From assembly GCA_964252035.1 (NCBI GenBank), contig OZ176200.1: DNA of 64,000 bases. One strand, written 5' to 3'. Of the stretch, positions 1 through 11,671 are shown one piece after another. The notes under the pieces were generated by a model. It worked only from the letters and a program-made list of their open reading frames with translations, had not been told where the DNA came from and did not search any database. The position numbers were made by a program, and so were the translations under genes. Positions within the stretch are counted from its first letter, which is position 1. Every line of letters begins with the position of its first letter. The DNA comes from Podarcis erhardii (taxonomy: Eukaryota).

Positions 1-13
1 TATCAGTTCACCT

Positions 14-250
14 NNNNNNNNNNNNNNNNNNNNNNNNNNNNNNNNNNNNNNNNNNNNNNNNNNNNNNNNNNNNNNNNNNNNNNNNNNNNNNNNNNNNNNN
101 NNNNNNNNNNNNNNNNNNNNNNNNNNNNNNNNNNNNNNNNNNNNNNNNNNNNNNNNNNNNNNNNNNNNNNNNNNNNNNNNNNNNNNNNNNNNNNNNNNNN
201 NNNNNNNNNNNNNNNNNNNNNNNNNNNNNNNNNNNNNNNNNNNNNNNNNN
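14..250. other. N block (237 nt)
   Basis: Direct reading. Confidence 0.99.
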
Positions 251-2718
251 TCTTTGTATGCCGAATGTAGGTCACTATCTGGAAGCCATAAGTTGCTTTT
301 TGTTAAATAATCCATTTAAGCTGCTTTCCTTGCCTACAGCCTGGGTTGTGTCTCTTCAGTGGGTTTTGGGGGGTGGGGGGTGGAGATATTCTAGCCTTGA
401 TTCACAAAGCTCCTAGGAAGCAAACACACTGGTATTTTTTATTTTAAGATGCTCTTCTTTCTTAGTTTCGGATTTTTACACTTAGTTCTGAAAAGTAACT
501 CCCATTGTTGCTGGAGTCGCCCTTTCCAGTGCAAGGAAACTGCTGCAGATCAGCTTGTGCTCCTGAGAATTCCTTCATGTCTTAATGGAAGGTAAGCTTA
601 GGAAACATGCCAGCAGGCACAATATCAATGATCAATGTGCTTTAGGATAGCCAATTTCTAACATGCAGGTTTCGTCACTTGTATTGGGTTTCTAAATTAT
701 CTCAGCGTAGGGTCAGTGGGATGTGGGAACAAACCTTTTTACAAGAGCACAGTTGAAACCTAAAGTCCAGGGGTATGCAGGGCACATGACTTTGCAGGAA
801 AGAGGATTTGCATACCTGGCAAAGCTACGAAAATATTCCACATACTTTTTTTGTTTTGTTTTGAAGTGTGATGTGTCTGAAACCTATTAGTAAGCAAAGG
901 GTTAACTAGTTAAACTTCTACAGCTCCCCCCCCCCCAGTAACTCTCTCCAATAGCAGACAATAAGTAAAAGAAGTGCTGGTTATCCATTTTTAAAGGGAT
1001 GGGGTTGGGTTTTTAAAAAAAGAAGAAGAAGAAGAAAAGGAAAAGAGGATCAAACACCTCAGGCCAACAAAAGGTTGTGTCAGAGGGCCTTCAATCACAA
1101 ACCTCCTTCAACAAGAGATCTCTCAACCTTCCAGAGCAGTAACCCAGGCAGCGCAGCTAAAAAGTCCCCTGACATAAAAAAAAAGAACAAAAGCCCCAGA
1201 ACAGAGGTATTTATTGTTATGCACACTCCTCTTTTTTATTTATTTTTTATTCAGGCTTCTTCCCCCACCCCAGAGAGGGGGGAAAAAAACTTTCTTTGCA
1301 TAAGCTATTGGTGTGGGAAGTGTTGAAAAGAAAAGCTTCCTTCTCACATTGCGAACCTCCTAGGTTGTGTGGATTGTGTGCAAGGAACACCTGAAGAACG
1401 GTGAGGCGAAGTTCAAAAAAGAAGTTAGCATCCATTTCGGGGGGGGGGGGACAGCAAATGCAGAAGGATGAAAACAGTAAATGTATCTTGAACACACATT
1501 TTTATCCCCACTCTACTTTTTTTTTCTTTTGAAAATGAGCCGAGTTGTCTGTGCACAAAGAATGTAAATTATTTGCCTTTACAGTGTCAGGTCTTGGAGG
1601 TATCTTAACAGCATGGAAGAATTTTCCACTTAAATGTAAATTATTAACAAGTTGGAATTTTCATTTGTTTTATCTCCTGATGTGCAATCTAAATAAATAA
1701 ATGGCACAGTTTACAGGATTCGCCACCCACTTTCCCTGCACTTGGAGGGACATATTTTATAAACAAGCTTCCTTGGCTTAAATAGGGGTGGCACATCAGA
1801 TCATTCATTCCCGCATCACTTATCTTTGTCTCTGCACGTCTGAGGGTACCCTCCCTTCCCCTTTCGCTAAAACAAATTTACCTCCGGTACTTCATCAAGT
1901 TTTGCTATGTAATATCGCTAAATAAACATCACAGTGGTTTATTCATAAAATATTCATCTTTCAAAATGTTCCATCCCATCTTCCCCTCCTGGGTTTACCT
2001 ATGTTTACAAATATGTAAGCCTTGTTAATGTGCCTTGGCTGGGGAATCATGAGAAGTGACCCTCCTTGAGGCAGAAGCCTGCGATGGAAGGAGTGTATTA
2101 TTTCAGCTGGGGAGAACAGCAAAGCTCCGGGATGATACTGATTGATTAAGACCAGATGGATAGCCACACATAGGTGTGACGAAAATAGAAACATATTGCA
2201 AACATCCCAAGTATTGAGGTTGGGGAGGTGTGCGGATCCTGCCCTACCTTATCTGCCTCCTGACAGGTTCTAGAATTTAAGAATGTTAATGGCCACACTA
2301 ACTCGCGTTCGCCTTTAGTTTGGTGACACTAACCGCAATGAATCAGGCACGAAGTTATGTTTCAAAAATAAATCCCGGTCCCCTCCCCAATCCACACACA
2401 CTCCTCATCAAAAAATGACAGCTGGTGTACTACTAGGGGTGGGTGGGGGGAGAGAGAGAAGGAAACATACTCTTATTTGTCCTCAAATTAATTCACCGGG
2501 GCTGATTCCACCCATTTAAATTTATATGTGCTTAACCTCGGCCCCCCCCCTGCCATGCCAGAGAAAACTTTTTACCAACAGCCAGAGCCCACATCCTCAC
2601 CCTGAAATTAAACTTTCTGAAACCACAGAATGGAATAAGTGGAGAATTAGTGACCTCTGGTTTAGAGAAGAATGTTTCATTGATACCTTCTCGGCTTTTA
2701 TGTTTATTGGCCATAAAT

Positions 2719-2721
<3 letters not shown>

Positions 2722-2763
<42 letters not shown>
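2722..2763. repeat. (CT)n microsatellite
   Basis: Direct reading. Confidence 0.95.
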
Positions 2764-2767
<4 letters not shown>

Positions 2768-3599
2768 GGCTTTGGTTGCTCTTCACAGAAAATAAAAGCT
2801 AATGGGCTGAATCCTGCTCACCTTACTCAGAAACACAGTGAATGGAACATGGCCGGGGGGATGGGGCAGGAGGAAGCTGCTCACTATCTCCGCCAATTCA
2901 TTGATGAAAATACTACTATGTTTGATGAGGACATTGACCTATTAGTATCTAGTCCTGCTCCATGGCTTGGGTTACATATTATTTGTGGAAGTTGGGAGTG
3001 GGGAGTTGGAATCTCACATGAACCAAAGGTACCCAAACAAAACTCACATTATTTGAATTGGGGTTTAAATTTGAAGTAACTTAAATGGAACCCATGGAAC
3101 TGCATTTGTGCCAAGCGATAGTACAAATTGGCTACTGGACCCAGTTTCAATTGTTTACTCCTTCTTTCACAAATTTATTTTGATAGTGTGTGATGCGGTG
3201 CTTTGAAATTATTGCCCTGGGGCAAGGTATGGTGGTGCTGGTAATAACAATTTACAAATGTTCCAGTTGTACTGTTTACAAAAATTAAAGGATAATTTTA
3301 AAGTACACAAAACACAGCCCTGCATATTTATTACTCTTCTCAAGTTCTACAGAATTATTGGCCATTAGCTAGTGACAACTGGCTTTAGGAAGGGAGGGGT
3401 AGGAGGAAATCTTTGGAAGAAACAAGACTCCTAGTTTTTCTCTCTCCCCCCCCCCCTAAAACTTATGTTCTTCTCAGCAGGAAGCCTTAGTTCATGGTCT
3501 CCCTCACAGTGGCCTGAACCTATTACGTACATGCTATAAACATCCTCAGGTTTCACAGACAAACATTTGTCCATAAAATCTTGACTGGCATTTTCTGGA

Positions 3600-3600
<1 letters not shown>

Positions 3601-3631
<31 letters not shown>

Positions 3632-3638
3632 CGCGCGC
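3601..3638. repeat. (GT)n(GC)n compound microsatellite
   Basis: Direct reading. Confidence 0.95.
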
Positions 3639-4860
3639 ATTAGCTCTGAAGCAACTCCTGATAGGTTTCTTTATATGTTACAGATAGTTAACATGCTTTC
3701 TTCTTGTGTCTGCATGAAATCTAATCCTTCTAGCTGAGAATTTGCTTAATCACAAAGGCTACAAATCACTGACTCCAAAATTATTCCACTGAAGTTCCAC
3801 TGAGGCTTTTTGAATTAAATTGAAACTATTGAGGATGTGGGCTGAAACTCAGCAACCTGATTTAACAGTTCAGGTAAACTGAGTTTGGCTTCAGCTGATG
3901 TGCAGCTTGATCCTATGCCTACGTTCTCAGATGTAGATCTCCCTGGGTTCGTACTGGGTTCAAAGGTGCCTTTGACCCTCCCCTGCATGCGCCTGGGATG
4001 GCAGTCATACAACTTAATCTTGTGCAAGTTTACTCAGCAGTGAAATTTACTGTTTTCGGTGAGATTTTACTCCCATGTAAGCATTTGTAGGACTGCAGGC
4101 TTTCCTGTAAATCGTTTAAACTGAAATATTGAGTCAACTTCAGGAGAAGAGAAAGTGGTGGTACTGTAATGTTCAAAGACATTTATTCTAAAATACATTT
4201 ACAACCGAATTGGCAAGTATGCCAACAAGAAAAACATGGTTTTTTTAAAAAAAAAGCAGGAGGAATGCTTGGCATAACGATATAAAAATATTTGTCCAGT
4301 TTCCAGGCTGAAGATGACTTTATTTTCTTTATTTTACAACCCAGGTGACCACAGTTGTAAAGGCTTTCCTTTCTCTCTCCCCCAGCTGAGAAATAAAACC
4401 GGCTCATTTAAGGAGGGATCATTATTGTCAGAAGGATCTTTTGGCTTCGAGACTGTTTTCCACAAAGCTGAATTTCACCTCCCCATAGAATCTTGGAAGT
4501 TAAATTGGGAGAATGTTGCTCAAGACAAAGAAGAAGGAAAAGGCTTGTTTGGGATAAAGAAAACTGAAGCATCATTACTTACACAATGGCACTAAAATAC
4601 ACAGGGCATTACTTCTTGACTTTTCTCTACAGGATCTACTTATTTATCTCCTGTGCATGTTAGGTTTTATACAAGAAATGTGTGTGTGTGTTTTAATTTA
4701 TCAGTTGAAACATGCAAGTGAGATAGCAGCTTCATCTCATTTTATCTGTACTTGAAGGCCTCAGTATCAAGTTTTAAAAGAAGCCTGCACATTTTCGTCT
4801 GTGTGTGTGTGTGCTGCTTTCTCAGTCACATAACCACATGATAAGGGCATTATACACATA

Positions 4861-4948
4861 CCCTGAACCTAAGCATGTGCTCTCAGAAGTGAGTTCCACC
4901 AGTTTCAATGGGATGTGTTGCCAAGTAAGTCTGCACAGAATTGCAGCC
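4861..4948. repeat. Short palindromic sauropsid interspersed repeat (MITE-like), degenerate copy
   Basis: Pattern ...tcagaagtgagttccacc...tcaatggga...ccaagtaagtctgcacagaattgcagcc; related copies occur elsewhere in the window. Confidence 0.55.
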
Positions 4949-5044
4949 TGTGGATTCTCCCCCAACCTCTGTTCCCTCTGTCCATGATGACCAACATCCA
5001 AACGGATGCAAACCCCCAGGGCAAGGAGCTTATGTTGGCCCATG

Positions 5045-5088
<44 letters not shown>
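5045..5088. repeat. (GATT)11 tetranucleotide repeat
   Basis: Direct reading. Confidence 0.95.
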
Positions 5089-6554
5089 TTAAAGACCTAT
5101 GTTTATCTTACAAACAGATGGTCGCAAAAAAGAATCACAAAATACATGACATGAGCAACCATCTGTTGTAAGAAAAATACTGATTGAGGATCAACCTGGA
5201 TAAATGGTGGCAGGTGAGGTTGGGAGTAGCTCCACTAGCACTGTGGTCTACCAAGACTCTTGAAAGCACAGCTTGTGAATGGCCAGAAATGTTCTGCCAG
5301 GCCTTCTAGTAAGGACAATGGGACTTCCTCCAACCTTGATGGCCACTCAGTGGTGGTGTGAGTCAAATGCTTTCTCCCATCTTGCCTTGCCCCCAGCTCT
5401 CTGTTCAGTTTCAAAAGTGGTTTGCCATCAGCCATGGGACAAGGGTGGGGAGAAAAACACAAATCTATTGGTGCTGCTTACTCCTGCCCATTATTATATA
5501 GAGAGTGGTAATACCAGTCTGTTTTGATGTTGATTCTTGGAATAATAACACAAGATTGTGAATGCTCTCATGGATATTAATGGGCAGGTGCAAAAGCAGA
5601 TGAACAGATGATAACCAAAAGTAAAAGTCCATCTCATGTGGACTTTTTACTTTAAAAAAAAATATAAACCTATGACCAGGCATGGGTGGTACTAACCCCA
5701 TGGATAAAATGAACTCTTTTTACTTCAAAACTGTAATTGTGAAGAGACTGGATTATTGGAAATAAAAACTGTTTCTGATGTTATTTTCCTAAATATGTCT
5801 TAGTGCACATGTGTCTTAACATCTATATCTCATGTTAAAGGATTATGCATGCATCTTTGCCCAGCTAAGAGCTTTGAAGCATGCCTCTTTTCTGAAAGAC
5901 AGACCAATATAGCCCTTTCTGTATTCTAGTCTGTGTACACCTGAAAAAAGGGAATATAAGGACCAACCCTAAATCTCACTGATTTTGATATCACTTCCCT
6001 ACATGTCAGATTTGCATTTTAGGGTACAAATAGTTCTTTCTCCCTTCACCCCAAACGCTTTGCTCTACATTATATACACTAAGTCATTCCTTCCTTTGAA
6101 AGGCAAACGTAAGAGTCTAATAATGAAGGATGGATATTAGGACAGTATTCGGGAGAAGGGACATTGTGAGGTTTCTGTACAAACCAATTGTGGGAAGGTT
6201 TGCTCCTCTTCAGTGTGGTCCAAGCTTTCGTGTAGGGAATAAAAACAGGAAGTAGAGCCCCAAATATTCAGCACTGCCCATTCATCAGTAGCAAATCATA
6301 GGAAAGGACTGACTTTCTGGATGCTCCCACCTTATAATATTTGTAGATACAAGGTAACAAGCAAATTCAGCAGCAAGGCAAGGAGTCCAGACAGACTATG
6401 CTCCTCCCACTTTTTAAAACCAACCAATCCCAAGCTTCAAAGCGATTAACTCAATAAACAACAATAACAGGAATACAGGTAGGCTTTGAGGTGCTATCCA
6501 CTATATTGCGCCTAAGATCACGTGTAAAACTATCTGCCTGCATGACTATCTCTG

Positions 6555-8045
6555 GATGCAAACTTTTTAAGGTGGACAGGGAAGGGTGTAACTGCAAGCC
6601 AGTTAGGTTAACATCTGTTCTGGGAAAACTTATGGAAAACACGATCAAGGATAGAATTGCCAAGTGTATAGAAGAAGAACAGGTCTTGCTGAAGAAGAAC
6701 CAGCATGGTTTCTAAACGGTGAGTCCTGACTAACTGACCATTTACCATTCTTTGAGAGCGTTAATAACCATATGGGTAGGAGTCACCTAGTAGACACTGT
6801 CTACATAGACTTTCAAATAGCCTTTGTAAAGTCCCTCACCAAAGATTCCTTAGTAAGCATAGCAGTCATGGGATAAGAAGCCAGGTCCTCTTATGAATCA
6901 GTAACTCATTAAAGAACAGGAAACTTGGAGTCAGAAGAAATGATCAGTGCTCACAATGGAGGGTGTAGGAAGTGAGATCTCTCAAGCATCAATACTAGGA
7001 CTGTTGCTTTTTTATCTTGGTCATACGTGGCATGGAATTAGGGACGAGGAGTCTTTTGTTTGCTGATAATACTCAATTGTTCAGGGTGGGTAAGAACAAA
7101 AAGGGAAAGGCACTCCCCAAACTGTATGGATAAGTGGCATCTGAAATAGCAAAGAAATCTCAATGTGAATGTGAAGCCAGTGTGTGGCGATTGTGAAAAA
7201 TGTGAATTTCATATTGGGGGTTATTAAGAAAGGGTTTCAAAATAAAGCTGCCATATCATTATGTATTTATACAAATCTATGGTGCCACTGTGCTTGGAAT
7301 ACTGTGTTCAGTTCTGGTCACTGCACCTCAGAATGGGCATTTAGAACAGAAAATGTTTTGGAAAAGGGTAATAAAAAAGGAACAACTCTGTTATGAAGAA
7401 AGGTTGCAACATTGGATTTTTAATGGCTTAAAAATAAATAAAGGATTATGTATGGTGGATAAAGAGATGTCTTTCTCCTGCTCTCATAATAGTAGAACCC
7501 AAAACTATCCCATGAAGCTGAATGTTTAAATATTCAGGTCAGACAAAGGAAGTACTTCATCACTTAGTCATAATTAAACCATGGAATTCATTACCACATG
7601 GCAGAGGTGGGTTTAGGGGAGAGCGACCAGTTCAGTCGCACTGGGGAAAGAGCCTTGGGGGCACAGCGACTACGTAGAACGGAAGGTGATACGGGGGAGA
7701 GACAATTTTTTTGCATCACACAGGGTGCCATTGAAATTGGAGACCCCAAGGTCCACCACTGCACATGATGTAGCAATGGTGACAAACTTGGTTTTAAAAT
7801 AGATTTAGATGGTTTTGAAATTAATTTATGGCAGTTGAGGCTATTGAAGACTACCATTACCAGCCATGATGGCTGTGTACTTCCTTCAGCAGTGGAAGCA
7901 GTATGGCTCTAAATACCAGTTTGAAGGGAGAGTGCTGAGACACTCATGTCCTGCTCAAGGGCTTCCCATGCGCATCTGGTTGAGCTCTGTGAAAACAGGA
8001 TGCTGGATGAGGTGGGCCTTTGGCCTCCTCTTGTGTTCTTTCTTT
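6555..8045 (+). mobile_element. Decayed, 5'-truncated CR1 LINE (RT domain through 3' UTR)
   Basis: Remnant peptides CKPVRLTSVLGKLME...KNQHGF, DTVYIDFQIAFVKVPHQRFLSK and LEYCVQFWSLHL are CR1 RT hallmarks, interrupted by stops and frameshifts. The 3' UTR-like tail contains aaacaggatgctggatgaggtgggcctttggcc. Confidence 0.9.
7601..7761. mobile_element. Small non-autonomous DNA transposon (MITE) nested in the CR1
   Basis: Ends GCAGAGGTGG ... CCACCACTG(C) form an imperfect TIR, flanked by a CACATG duplication (7595-7600, 7762-7767). Removing it restores continuous CR1-like sequence. Confidence 0.65.
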
Positions 8046-10606
8046 CCTCTCCTTCTCCTTCTCTCTTTCTCTTTCTTTTATGAGTAATCAGGCCACAAAT
8101 CTCTCTCTAGTGTGTGTGTGGAGGGTGCCTGCATACAGTATTGCGGAGCTCCAAATTACAACCCATTTTAAATGACTTTATTATGGATTTCATGCTTGCA
8201 GTTCATTTGTTTCCTTAAACCTCCCACGCCCATCGCTGCCCTATGAGCATACAGCATGCAGGCAGCATAGCAGCTCCCACATGTCTTTGCTGACACAATG
8301 CAACTTTGTTTTCAGCACTGTAGAGCTTTCCACAAAACAACGCAGACTGAAATGCTTTGCAGAGTTGAAGAGGAGATATGGAAGAAATTACAGTAAATAC
8401 CGTGCCGTCTGCAGTGATCCCACATTCCTGCCAAGAGTGTGTAGCTCTCCCTTGCACACCAGCCCCACCCTGATGGCCATCATCACATTGTCATATTTGT
8501 CTCATGATTAAAAGGATAGATGGACCAAACCTTCCAAAGGGGCAGAGCTGCATGTTAAAACTTTGCTCTTTGCCTTGTTAAAGTCTTGAATGGGAAGATC
8601 TACAGAGAAGGCTTTCCCCCTTTAGTTTGCTCTTGTTAAGGGACCAGCCCAGGGAAAAACCCAACCCAAATCAGCCCTACTGAAATCCAACAAAACAGAA
8701 GCATACTGTTAAATTCTCAAGTTCCACTGATATCAACAAGATTTAGTTGCAGCTAACTTTCACTGGATTGCACCCCCCCCATGTGTGTGCGGAAATGCAG
8801 TATCCCCATTAAAAGAAAGTAAAGGACCTACTAATCATAAGTAGTTGTGTACCTACATCTAACCACTTGAACTGCTGCTATGTGCAGAAAATGTTGGTTT
8901 TGTGGGCTGGCCCTCCTTTGATCTGTAAATTAATACCTTGGTTTTTGTCTCATAAGGCTAGCTGCGAAATGAACTAACTAGTATTCAGATAGGGACAATA
9001 AGAAGATGTGGAGGTAACAGTAAAATATCTTTGCCCATAGACTCGTTCATGAGTCTACGACAGGAAGTTCTCCTATACAGACAACTGAGCTCTAGTTCTA
9101 TGCCCATGGTTTTCTTCTATTTGGGTGCTACTTCCAAAATATGGTCTCTGTCAATCTAGGGTTACTAAGATGTATTTCATTGTAGTGAGATCTGAAAAAC
9201 ACGTCTTTAAATTCTGCATGCCAAAAAGTTTCACTGCCACTTCTACATGGGACAATTAGCATGTATGCCAGAATACAGTGTCATATTCTGTATGCTAGAA
9301 TATACTCTAGAAATAGGGGAATCAATCATGTGAGATGCACATAGCAGGGAATGAGCCAGCTTCTTATGGGGTAGTTTTAAATGCATAAAGCTGTCCAGAG
9401 ATAGACACTTTCTTGCCTAAAGATCTGCAAAATTCTGGAATATTGAGGAACCTTTTGAAATACAGCCTGCTCTTGTAGATCAGGAAGTTATAGGAAGGCT
9501 GCAAGTAAAAAATATCATACCTCAACAATCTCTTGCTCCAAGTGAGTGTGTGTGTGTGCTTATGTGTTAGAGTAGTGGATTGTTTTACAGATCTATGACT
9601 CCCTAGTGGATTTCATTCTACTTTAAGAAATTACAGTTCATCATACTATGCAGCAGATAGCAGGGATATATGCATGCCAAACCCACCGTCTGAACCAATG
9701 ATTGCTAAATAGTATTCTATTCTGCCAGTTAATGCAACTTAATTTTAATCATAAACCAAACTAGTCTTGTTCTAATGCGGTCTGCCTCACCATGACTGTA
9801 AAAGCTAACATCTCCTGTTAAGGAAAATAAACTTTGGTTTGCTTTCTTCTTCTTCTTCTTTTAAAATTGTATTCCTGAACAAAACAGTGGCATGGTTATC
9901 CAATAAAATATATAGTGGTGTGGGCTGAAAAGTGCATGTATAGCAATCCACATTATTAGAATGTTTAAATATTAATTATTTCACTGCGTAGTAAAGATGA
10001 TCAAGTGGGAGTGTCAACTAGTTTTCTAAAAGCGGCAATGCTCGTTTTAATCTAAACTTCAACTGTTAAGCAAAAAACTAAAAGACCAGCAAGTTCAGCC
10101 TGCTCCAGTATGTTTATTTTTATTGGTTTCTACAACCTTGTGTGTGTGTTTTTTTTAAAAAAATAAAAATAAAATCCAAACATAACCCATAAACCAACAT
10201 TAACTCCGTAGCTTTAATCACTGCCAATAAGACTCCAGCGGTATATTAGAAATTACGGCTCTATTTCTTGAAAGCAACATAATTTGGAGGGGTGGAGGCG
10301 GGGGAAGGAACAGGCAGCCAATACAGAAGTGCAAAGTTCAATAAAATACACTTAACTGTTGAAAGCCCAAATTCTTAGAGACGTGCACATGTTTATGTAC
10401 CAAAAAAGGGGACCTAAATGCATGTTGCTTTCTCCCTCTCCCACAGTTCTTCCCTCTTCAAAGCAGCTTTCAGCTGTTCAGAAGTGAGCCATTGTGTGAA
10501 AAAATATTGTTCAGGTGGTACCTTGTTCTGGTGTGTGAGAGAGGCTTGAGAGACAGATGGGTAGACAGATGTACAATGCTACATAAAAGTAGAAAGACTT
10601 ACATTA

Positions 10607-10639
<33 letters not shown>

Positions 10640-10917
10640 GCCTTAAGTGACTAAGTGTGAGCTGGAGGAAAATGGGCACAGCTGTGGGAAATAAAGAGTT
10701 AAGCTGCTCCCCCCCCCCCCGCACTCTTCCCTTCCCCTTAGAAAGCTCTTGCTCCTTTAAGATTTTCATAGTCCAATCCGTGAGATGCGGAGCAAAAAGA
10801 ATCACTTTGAGATTATTAAGAGAAAGACAAAGAAATAGTGTGCGCTCAGACTCTTAGGCTTCCTTCCGTCACTCATGGATGCCCTGCCAGGATTTCCCAC
10901 CTGAGACAGATTGCGAC

Positions 10918-11225
10918 NNNNNNNNNNNNNNNNNNNNNNNNNNNNNNNNNNNNNNNNNNNNNNNNNNNNNNNNNNNNNNNNNNNNNNNNNNNNNNNNNNN
11001 NNNNNNNNNNNNNNNNNNNNNNNNNNNNNNNNNNNNNNNNNNNNNNNNNNNNNNNNNNNNNNNNNNNNNNNNNNNNNNNNNNNNNNNNNNNNNNNNNNNN
11101 NNNNNNNNNNNNNNNNNNNNNNNNNNNNNNNNNNNNNNNNNNNNNNNNNNNNNNNNNNNNNNNNNNNNNNNNNNNNNNNNNNNNNNNNNNNNNNNNNNNN
11201 NNNNNNNNNNNNNNNNNNNNNNNNN
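10918..11225. other. N block (308 nt)
   Basis: Direct reading. Confidence 0.99.
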
Positions 11226-11278
11226 GTCTCCTATTTGTGGAAATTATTTCAGACAGAGGAAAAGGGACAAAAGAGATG

Positions 11279-11321
<43 letters not shown>

Positions 11322-11631
11322 CAGTGATTAAGCTGCACCTTGTTTTGTTATACTGGGTACTAGCGAGTCAACTTCCCTGCTTGCTGAACTGGTCCTTGCC
11401 CAAACGCCATCTCTTGCACAGCAGCAACAGTGAAAGCAACCATCAGTTTATGAGGTGAAGAAAATAACTATTCTTTTGAGGGTGATGATCCTAATAAGCT
11501 ACTTTTGTCTCTGTAGCCTGCACAATACTTTTGCTGAAGAATATACTTGTTTTGCATCCTGTGGAAAATATTAAGTGCAAAGCTAACAGAACTGTTTATA
11601 ATGGCATAATAAATTCAGATTACTGCAGAAG

Positions 11632-11671
<40 letters not shown>

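Noticed and set aside
1-13. Window start reads AGGTGAACTGATA on the minus strand, reminiscent of the ZEB2 exon 3 start (VVN...)
   Set aside because: Only a ~7-nt resemblance, with an in-frame TGA after VN; insufficient support.
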